A stretch of DNA of 64,000 nucleotides, from assembly GCA_032718475.1 (NCBI GenBank), contig JAUCBJ010000923.1:1-64000 (forward strand), given 5' to 3'. This DNA is from Nemertoderma westbladi (Eukaryota; Animalia; Xenacoelomorpha). Position 1 is the stretch's first letter; each line of letters opens with the position of its first letter. Position numbers and translations under genes: made by a program. The notes under the pieces are model-generated. The model did no database searches. It was not told where the DNA came from and saw only the letters and a list, made by a program, of their open reading frames with translations. Below, one piece after another: positions 48,843 through 59,755 of this stretch.

Positions 48843-51800
48843 ATATAGCTGCACATAGCAATACATACCTGGATATAGCTGTACATAGCAATACATACCT
48901 GGATATAGCTGTACATAGCAATACATACCTGGATATAGCTGCACATAGCAATACATACCTGGATATAGCTGTACATAGCAATACATACCTGGATATAGCT
49001 GCACATAGCAATACATACCTGGATATAGCTTCACATAGCAATACATACCTGGATATAGCTGTACATAGCAATACATACCTGGATATAGCTGCACATAGCA
49101 ATACATACCTGGATATAGCTGCACATAGCAATACATACCTGGATATAGCTGCACATAGCAATACATACCTGGATATAGCTGCACATAGCAATACATACCT
49201 GGATATAGCTGCACATAGCAATACATACCTGGATATAGCTGCACATAGCAATACATACCTGGATATAGCTGCACATAGCAATACATACCTGGATATAGCT
49301 GCACATAGCAATACATACCTGGATATAGCTGCATATGGCAATACATACCTGGATATAGCTGCACATAGCAATACATACCTGGATATAGCTGCATATGGCA
49401 ATACATACCTGGATATAGCTGCATATGGCAATACATACCTGGATATAGCTGCACATAGCAATACATACCTGGATATAGCTGCAAATAGCAATACATACCT
49501 GGATATAGCTGCACATAGCAATACATACCTGGATATAGCTGCATATGGCAATACATACCTGGATATAGCTGCATATGGCAATACATACCTGGATATAGCT
49601 GCACATAGCAATACATACCTGGATATAGCTGCAAATAGCAATACATACCTGGATATAGCTGCATATGGCAATACATACCTGGATATAGCTGCATATGGCA
49701 ATACATACCTGGATATAGCTGCACATAGCAATACATACCTGGATATAGCTGCAAATAGCAATACATACCTGGATATAGCTGCACATAGCAATACATACCT
49801 GGATATAGCTGCATATGGCAATACATACCTGGATATAGCTGCATATGGCAATACATACCTGGATATAGCTGCACATAGCAATACATACCTGGATATAGCT
49901 GCAAATAGCAATACATACCTGGATATAGCTGCATATGGCAATACATACCTGGATATAGCTGCATATGGCAATACATACCTGGATATAGCTGCACATAGCA
50001 ATACATACCTGGATATAGCTGCAAATAGCAATACATACCTGGATATAGCTGCACATAGCAATACATACCTGGATATAGCTGTACATAGCAATACATACCT
50101 GGATATAGCTGCACATGGCAATACATACCTGGATATAGCTGCACATAGCAATACATACCTGGATATAGCTGCACATGGCAATACATACCTGGATATAGCT
50201 GTACATAGCAATACATACCTGGATATAGCTGCACATAGCAATACATACCTGGATATAGCTGCACATAGCAATACATACCTGGATATAGCTGCACATAGCA
50301 ATACATACCTGGATATAGCTGTACATAGCAATACATACCTGGATATAGCTGCACATAGCAATACATACCTGGATATAGCTGCACATAGCAATACATACCT
50401 GGATATAGCTGTACATAGCAATACATACCTGGATATAGCTGCACATGGCAATACATACCTGGATATAGCTGCACATAGCAATACATACCTGGATATAGCT
50501 GTACATAGCAATACATACCTGGATATAGCTGCACATAGCAATACATACCTGGATATAGCTGTACATAGCAATACATACCTGGATATAGCTGTACATAGCA
50601 ATACATACCTGGATATAGCTGTACATAGCAATACATACCTGGATATAGCTGCACATAGCAATACATACCTGGATATAGCTGTACATAGCAATACATACCT
50701 GGATATAGCTGTACATAGCAATACATACCTGGATATAGCTGCACATAGCAATACATACCTGGATATAGCTGTACATAGCAATACATACCTGGATATAGCT
50801 GCACATAGCAATACATACCTGGATATAGCTGCACATAGCAATACATACCTGGATATAGCTGCACATAGCAATACATACCTGGATATAGCTGTACATAGCA
50901 ATACATACCTGGATATAGCTGTACATAGCAATACATACCTGGATATAGCTGTACATAGCAATACATACCTGGATATAGCTGCACATAGCAATACATACCT
51001 GGATATAGCTGTACATAGCAATACATACCTGGATATAGCTGCACACAGCAATACATACCTGGATATAGCTGCACATAGCAATACACACCTGGATATAGCT
51101 GCACATAGCAATACACACCTGGATATAGCTGCACATAGCAATACATACCTGGATATAGCTGTACATAGAAATACATACCTGGATATAGCTGTACATAGCA
51201 ATACATACCTGGATATAGCTGCACATAGCAATACATACCTGGATATAGCTGCACATAGCAATACATACCTGGATATAGCTGCACATAGCAATACATACCT
51301 GGATATAGCTGCACATAGCAATACAATACCTGGATATAGCTGCACATGGCAATACATACCTGGATATAGCTGCACATAGCAATACATACCTGGATATAGC
51401 TGCACATAGCAATACATACCTGGATATAGTTGCACATAGCAATACATACCTGGATATAGCTGCACATAGCAATACATACCTGGATATAGCTGCACATAGC
51501 AATACATACCTGGATATAGCTGCACATAGCAATACATACCTGGATATAGCTGCACATAGCAATACATACCTGGATATAGCTGCACATAGCTATATATACC
51601 TGGATATAGCTGCACATAGCAATACAATACCTGGATATAGCTGCACATGGCAATACATACCTGGATATAGCTGCACATAGCAATACATACCTGGATATAG
51701 CTGCACATAGCAATACATACCTGGATATAGCTGCACATAGCAATACATACCTGGATATAGCTGCACATAGCAATACATACCTGGATATAGCTGCACATAG

Positions 51801-53840
51801 CAATACATACCTGGATATAGCTGCACATAGCAATACATACCTGGATATAGCTGCACATAGCAATACATACCTGGATATAGCTGTACATAGAAATACATAC
51901 CTGGATATAGCTGCACATAGCAATACATACCTGGATATAGCTGCACATAGCAATACATACCTGGATATAGCTGCACATAGCAATACATACCTGGATATAG
52001 CTGTACATAGAAATACATACCTGGATATAGCTGCACATAGCAATACATATCTGGATATAGCTGCACATAGCAATACATACCTGGATATAGCTGCACATAG
52101 CAATACATACCTGGATATAGCTGCACATAGCAATACATACCTGGATATAGCTGCACATAGCAATACATACCTGGATATAGCTGCACATAGCAATACATAC
52201 CTGGATATAGCTGCACATAGCAATACATACCTGGATATAGCTGTACATAGAAATACATACCTGGATATAGCTGCACATAGCAATACATACCTGGATATAG
52301 CTGCACATAGCAATACATACCTGGATATAGCTGCACATAGCAATACATACCTGGATATAGCTGCACATAGCAATACATACCTGGATATAGCTGCACATAG
52401 CAATACATACCTGGATATAGCTGCACATAGCAATACATACCTGGATATAGCTGCACATAGCAATACATACCTGGATATAGCTGCACATAGCAATACATAC
52501 CTGGATATAGCTGCACATAGCAATACATACCTGGATATAGCTGCACATGGCAATACATACCTGGATATAGCTGCACATGGCAATACATACCTGGATATAG
52601 CTGCACATAGCAATACATACCTGGATATAGCTGCACATAGCAATACATACCTGGATATAGCTGTACATAGAAATACATACCTGGATATAGCTGCACATAG
52701 CAATACATACCTGGATATAGCTGCACATAGCAATACATACCTGGATATAGCTGCACATAGCAATACATACCTGGATATAGCTGCACATAGCAATACATAC
52801 CTGGATATAGCTGTACATAGAAATACATACCTGGATATAGCTGCACATAGCAATACATACCTGGATATAGCTGCATATGGCAATACATACCTGGATATAG
52901 CTGCACATAGCAATACATACCTGGATATAGCTGCACAAGCAATACATACCTGGATATAGCTGCACATGGCAATACATACCTGGATATAGCTGCATATGGC
53001 AATACATACCTGGATATAGCTGCACATAGCAATACATACCTGGATATAGCTGCACATGGCAATACATACCTGGATATAGCTGCACATAGCAATACATACC
53101 TGGATATAGCTGCACATAGCAATACATACCTGGATATAGCTGCACATAGCAATACATACCTGGATATAGCTGCACATAGCAATACATACCTGGATATAGC
53201 TGCACATAGCAATACATACCTGGATATAGCTGCACATAGCAATACATACCTGGATATAGCTGTACATAGCAATACATACCTGGATATAGCTGTACATAGC
53301 AATACATACCTGGATATAGCTGCACATAGCAATACATACCTGGATATAGCTGTACATAGAAATACATACCTGGATATAGCTGCACATAGCAATACATACC
53401 TGGATATAGCTGTACATAGCAATACATACCTGGATATAGCTGCACATAGCAATACATACCTGGATATAGCTGCACATAGCAATACATACCTGGATATAGC
53501 TGCACATAGCAATACATACCTGGATATAGCTGTACATAGAAATACATACCTGGATATAGCTGCACATAGCAATACATACCTGGATATAGCTGCACAAGCA
53601 ATACATACCTGGATATAGCTGCACATGGCAATACATACCTGGATATAGCTGCATATGGCAATACATACCTGGATATAGCTGCACATAGCAATACATACCT
53701 GGATATAGCTGCACATGGCAATACATACCTGGATATAGCTGCACATAGCAATACATACCTGGATATAGCTGCACATAGCAATACATACCTGGATATAGCT
53801 GCACATAGCAATACATACCTGGATATAGCTGCACATAGCA
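48843..53840 (-). repeat. 30-bp minisatellite containing the exon c 5' splice site (GCTATGTGCAGCTATATCCAG|GTATGTATT), about 167 copies (5 kb)
   Basis: The array starts within the last 22 nt of exon c; nearly every unit carries CAG|GTATGT. Confidence 0.97.
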
Positions 53841-53996
53841 TTGGCCCGGCATCACCGCGGATCACCAATGGGGTTGACTTATCTCCGTTAATATAATCAC
53901 CGACCTCGGATAACAGCCCTTCTGGTGCGTGGTCGCCCAGGAAACGAGAATACAAGGCAGAGTCGACGAGATCGCAATGAACAACCTCAGGAATTA
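53819..53996 (-). CDS. NACHT/WD40 gene exon c (NACHT P-loop position, degenerate)
   Basis: Acceptor attgtttcag|TA, first donor CAG|gtatgt; encodes (L)IPEVVHCDLVDSALYSRFLGDHAPEGLLSEVGDYINGDKSTPLVIRGDAGPMLCAAIS(R); phases 1 and 2 fit both neighbours. Confidence 0.87.
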
Positions 53997-54089
53997 CTGA
54001 AACAATTTAAATAGGAATATTACGTAATAAAAACGTTTTATTTCGTACAGTGTAATAAAGAGGTACTTTGTGTCCTACTTATTTTTATT

Positions 54090-57000
54090 TATTTATAGGC
54101 CATCTTTGTCTAAATATATAATATCTAGAATTAACCTTACGAATCCCCGATTGCAAGCTGTAAGAGTTGAATTGCCCAATGTTAACCCTTTTGTGATAAT
54201 TAATAGTTATTTTCCAGTAGATACGCGGGACAATATTAATGTATCAGACGATTTACTTACTCTTACCAATGATATCAAACATACTATTTTATCGGAGCAG
54301 CTTTGTAATGTTATACTTGCAGGGGATTTCAATGCTGATTTTTCGCGTGTATCTATGCATGTTCGTGTAATTAGTCAATTTTTACAGGAATTTAAATTAG
54401 AACGTCTATGGGATTTTAATCCTATTGATTATACTTACACGTGCTACAGAGAACAGGCATCTTTTCATTCCATTTTAGATCACTTTTTCAGTTCGAGTAA
54501 ATTGGTAGAAAATGTTTCTGATTCTGGTGTAGTACATTCTGGTGCTAATTTATCTTTTCATGACCCAATATTTTTGAAGTTGAAAGTTAGTGGTGTAGAT
54601 TTACCACGTGTTAATTATAGCTCAGGTGATGCTACTGGTAATGGTAAAATTAAATTTAAGCGAGCTACTATTGAACAGCAACATGACTTTGTAAACAATC
54701 TACATAATAAATTGGATGACATTGAGGTTGAGTCAGGTTGTATAACATGTGGTAATATTTTTTGTGCGGACCTTACTCATAGACTGTTTATTGAAAAATA
54801 TGTTTTAGATATTCTTGAATGCATTGATATCAGCTGTAGTAGTTTAAATAATAATTATAATGGTGAGCCCCGTGCTACTAATAATCGCCCTAAACTTCCC
54901 GGTTGGTCGGAGCGAGTTAAACCATTTAGAGATGAAGCTATCCTATGGCATTCCTTGTGGGTCTCGGCGGGGTGTCCAAATGCTTCACAAAATAGTCAGC
55001 TTTTTCACATGCGACGGGTGTCTCGCGCGCAGTATAAGTATGCCGTACGACGGCTCAAACGTTCAGTAGATAATGTGCGTCGAGATAAACTTCTACAGGC
55101 GTGTTTAAGGAGTAATAGTGATATATTTAAAGAAATAAAGAAACTGAGATCCACACCGAACACTGTGACTTCGACCATTGATGGTTGTACAGACCCACAA
55201 TCGATAGCCGACCGATTCGCCAGTATATATTCGGATCTACATAATCAACCGTATGATTCCGATTTAGAGTTCGTTAGATCGCAGATTACCGATAAACTCG
55301 AAGGATGTGATTCAACTGATTTCCCGCATATCACTCCGGATTTGGTCAGTGAAGGTCTACATAGGCTAAAAAGCTCTAAAACAGACGTAACTTTTGATTT
55401 TGATTCTGATTGCCTGATCAATGGTCCTCCAGAATTATGTTCACATTTAAGTGATTTGTTCAACAGTTTTCTCATTCACGGCTTTGTTCCACAGTTCTTA
55501 CTGACGTGTGTAATTATTCCTTTGATAAAAGATAAATTAGGTGACGATTCCCTTTCCAGTAATTACAGGGCTATTGCCTTATCCTCCCTTCTGATCAAGT
55601 TGTTTGTGTGGGTCATGCTGATCTCGCAGGCTGAGTGCTTACATTTGGATGAGTTGCAATTCGGGTTCCAAAGTGGTTCCAGTACATCCCAATGTACCTG
55701 GGCGGCTACAGAGGTTCTTGGTTTCTATTCTAGAAATGCAACTCCTGTATTTGGATGTCTTCTCGATCTATAGAAAGCCTTCGATATGGTTGAATGGTGC
55801 AAGCTATTTCTGGAACTTATTAAGAAGGGGTTTTCTCCTTTTTTCTTACGAACCCTGCTATGGATCTATAGTAATCAAACATGTTGCGTCCGCTGGAACA
55901 GCTTCCATTCCGAGTCATTTACGTTAACGAACGGAGTTCGTCAAGGTTCAGTGGCATCTCCGATTCTGTTCTGTATTATATTGGATAAATTAATATCAAA
56001 ACTGAGGTCATCTAAAGTTGGCTGTTATATTGGTTCTTTTTATTTTGGTATTTTCGGCTACGCAGATGATCTTCTCCTTTTATGCCCTTCCATAGTGGGA
56101 CTACGGTTTATGGTCAAGTTATGCGAGGAGTTCGCAACCGAAAACCATCTCGTGTTTAGTACAAACCCGAATCCGGATAAATCCAAATCCAAATGCATTC
56201 CTTTTGGGAGAGTGTGGTTTAAACCCACAGCGCCAGTAATGCTGAACGGGAGACCACTTCCTTGGGTCAGGGAGGCGTTGCATCTAGGAAACATGTTAGA
56301 TTTCCAGAACACAATGGAGTCTGATATTATACGAAAACGGGGAAAATTTATAGGAAAGCTCAATGCACTTCGACAAGAATTCTATTTTTCTGATCCGTAT
56401 GTTTTGAGTAATATTCAGCGTATTTATTGCACATCCTTCTACGGTAGTAATTCATGGGATCTTTTTTCTGCATCGTGTACTCGTATATACAGTTCATGGA
56501 ATATTAATATTAGGATTATTTTCAGATTGCCTTTTACATCACATAGATATATTGTAGAAAATTTAATGCAGTTTAAACACCCCAGTATTATGTTATATTC
56601 ACGTTTTATAAGATTTTGTACCAGTTTAGTGCAGTCTGAAAAATCAAGCATCGTAATTTAGCAAAATTATTTTTATATGATTGTTGTTCGCGAAGTGGGT
56701 GCAATTTACGTTCTATCGCAAATCTGTGTAAAATACCTCTCATTAACTCGATCAATGTTACGCACGTTAATAAGTTGAACTATGTTCCTTTTGATGTAGC
56801 TGATAGATGGAAATTAGAATTGTGTAGGGAATTAATTAATTGTCGTTGTAGCAATATTGATATACCTGGTTTTAATGTTGATGAGATTACTGATATCCTT
56901 AATTATATTACTACATGTTAGTTAAATATTCTTTATATTATTGCCTATAATTATTTGTTCGATGCCGTGTCATTTACTGCGTGTTCTGTCAGTTATTCAT

Positions 57001-57110
57001 TACGTAGGCCTACGTCATTAATATTGTGCTACTTTACTAATAATATGTCTACGTACCGTGTACTATGTCTATTGTTTATTCATATGTACGAATATCAATT
57101 AAATTAAATT
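54090..57110 (+). mobile_element. 5'-truncated LINE (APE endonuclease plus RT; CR1/L2 group), inactivated, antisense to the host gene
   Basis: GDFN, ILDHF and SFHDPI (APE); NYRAIAL, QFGF, DL*KAFD (in-frame TAG at 55771-55773), NGVRQG and GYADD (RT). Frameshift near 56655; ORF remnant ends about 56920; (AATTA)n-like tail at about 57097-57110. No TSD found. Confidence 0.92.
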
Positions 57111-57139
57111 ATCTACTAGTCCACAGGAAATAAACTCAC

Positions 57140-57431
57140 AAGCGACCGGGGGTTCTTCGTGTTTCTCGATCCATTCGGCGACTCCTTTATCGATGAGCGC
57201 GGTGAGGGCCTTGGAGACATCGACTGCGACCGTATCGTTACGGTAGGCTACGACGTTGCCCTTGGGGAACCTCGTGGCGGCTTGTTTGGCGAGGTCCCCA
57301 AGGTCCCCAGTGAGTCCGTCTGCGACGATGGCTACACACCCGCTCGAATCGAGTTCCCCATCGACGTCGAGGACAGTAGAGACCAGTTCGGAGGACAACC
57401 CAGGAGCGGCGATGCCCTCAACAATAACCGC
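57140..57431 (-). CDS. NACHT/WD40 gene exon b
   Basis: Acceptor ctccttacag|GCG, donor T|gtgagt; encodes AVIVEGIAAPGLSSELVSTVLDVDG...WIEKHEEPPVA(L); GC-rich; phases 0 and 1 fit. Confidence 0.85.
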
Positions 57432-57555
57432 CTGTAAGGAGACAAATACATCGGGTGGAATAACTGCTTACTTATGTGCAAGGCAGAACTAAGTTGCTAG
57501 CCAAACCAATGTAACATCTAACCCTTACAAACCACACTCAATTAATCACGAGGGA

Positions 57556-58770
57556 GCTAATACACCCACACGATATCGCTAATACACCCACACGATATCG
57601 CTAATACACCTACACGATATCGCTAATACACCTACACGATATCGCTAATACACCCACACGATATCGCTAATACACCTACACGATATCGCTAATACACCCA
57701 CACGATATCGCTAATACACCTACACGATATCACTAATACACCCACACGATATCGCTAATACACCCACACGATATCGCTAATACACCTACAACGATATCGC
57801 TAATACACCTACACGATATCGCTAATACACCTACACGATATCGCTAATACACCCACACGATATCGCTAATACACCTACAACGATATCGCTAATACACCTA
57901 CACGATATCGCTAATACACCTACACGATATCACTAATACACCTACAACGATATCGCTAATACACCCACACGATATCGCTAATACACCTACACGATATCAC
58001 TAATACACCTACACGATATCGCTAATACACCTACACGATATCGCTAATACACCCACACGATATCGCTAATACACCCACACGATATCGCTAATACACCTAC
58101 ACGATATCACTAATACACCTACAACGATATCGCTAATACACCTACACGATATCGCTAATACACCTACACGATATCGCTAATACACCTACACGATATCGCT
58201 AATACACCTACACGATATCACTAATACACCTACACGATATCACTAATACACCCACACGATATCGCTAATACACCTACAACGATATCACTAATACACCCAC
58301 ACGATATCGCTAATACACCTACACGATATCACTAATACACCTACACGATATCACTAATACACCCACACGATATCGCTAATACACCTACAACGATATTACT
58401 AATACACCTACACGATATCGCTAATACACCTACACGATATCGCTAATACACCTACACGATATCACTAATACACCTACACGATATCGCTAATACACCTACA
58501 CGATATCACTAATACACCTACACGATATTGCTAATACACCTACACGATATCACTAATACACCTACACGATATTGTTAATACACCCACACGATATCGCTAA
58601 TACACCTACACGATATCACTAATACACCCACACGATATCGCTAATACACCCACACGATATCGCTAATACACCTACACGATATCACTAATACACCTACACG
58701 ATATTGCTAATACACCTACACGATATCACTAATACACCTACACGATATTGTTAATACACCCACACGATAT
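57556..58770. repeat. 22-bp minisatellite (GCTAATACACC[C/T]ACACGATATC), about 55 copies
   Basis: Seen directly; most units contain the palindrome CGATATCG. Confidence 0.96.
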
Positions 58771-59073
58771 TACTTCCAATTCTGACATTAACCCCACTAA
58801 TTTCACACATTTTCTGATTCATATATACAATTTTGAACGCCATCTAGGGGCCGAAGCGAAAAGTTTTGACGACATCCTTCCCATTTTATTCACCTTGAGT
58901 CAACTAGTAGTCTAAATTTTCTGAAAAATTTCATAGATCAACCATGCCAAGTTTATTTGAAGAATCGAAGAATGCTGCGAGTTACAAAGAAATAAGAGCG
59001 ATGGATCCCACACCTGTATGCTGCTATCCGTGAGTGTTGTAGCAGCTAGCAGGTTGGTTAGATTCACACTTAC

Positions 59074-59258
59074 TAGTAAGAAAGGGCCAGACGAGTTTCG
59101 CATACAGTGCCGTAGGTAGGATTCCCTGGTGTTTTGGTTAACGAGTTCGGGGGGCCAATAAGGGTCTCTGACAGTGAAAGAGAAACCGAGTTTACAACAG
59201 TATCGATGCAAAGAAGGGAACACGTCAGTATAGAGTTGGTCGCGTAATGGTTTACTTC
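59074..59258 (-). CDS. NACHT/WD40 gene exon a (DUF4062-like segment); most upstream exon visible
   Basis: Acceptor atattccag|GA, donor CTA|gtaagt; encodes SKPLRDQLYTDVFPSLHRYCCKLGFSFTVRDPYW...CMRNSSGPFLL, resembling the NWD N-terminal R..L...V(Y/F)P.L..YC...G..F...D..W...S.GP.F motif. It begins in phase 1, so further exons lie upstream. Confidence 0.85.
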
Positions 59259-59755
59259 CTGGAATATAATAAAAATAGTGTATTTTATTTATAAATAGAT
59301 AATTATTACTCACTCATTCCTTCCATAGAATAACTATTTAATAAAAAAAATTTTGTGAACAGTATCACCTTTCAGTTATAATGTACCAATCGAGCGTAAA
59401 GAGTAGGGTTTGCGTAAATAAACGTAAATACACGTTGAATAATGCTAATTTTATTAAAATACTTTATCGTATTAAATCGTGTTTTATAGACTGATGCTAC
59501 ACCAAAATAATATTTTTACATTACATAATATTTAAGAAACATAAACTAGGATTTAATATTTACCAATGATTGTCAATGTATCTGTTGTGGCCAAAGAGTT
59601 ATATTAATATATAACTATGTTATATTCACGTTCTATTAATAGGTTTTTAATTGAGTTATTTATAGATTTTAATATAATAGAATATAAAATTTATTTTCGT
59701 CGTAAAATAAAATATAAATTTTCGTGAAATTTCATAATCTAATTCTTTATAGATC

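Noticed and set aside
48801-53855. Giant 750-1700-aa ORFs as stand-alone genes
   Set aside because: They result from a nearly stop-free 30-bp repeat; only 53819-53996 has exon credentials.
55771-55773. Programmed readthrough between the two LINE ORFs
   Set aside because: The TAG falls inside the conserved DLxKAFD RT motif and a later frameshift exists, so simple decay is more parsimonious.
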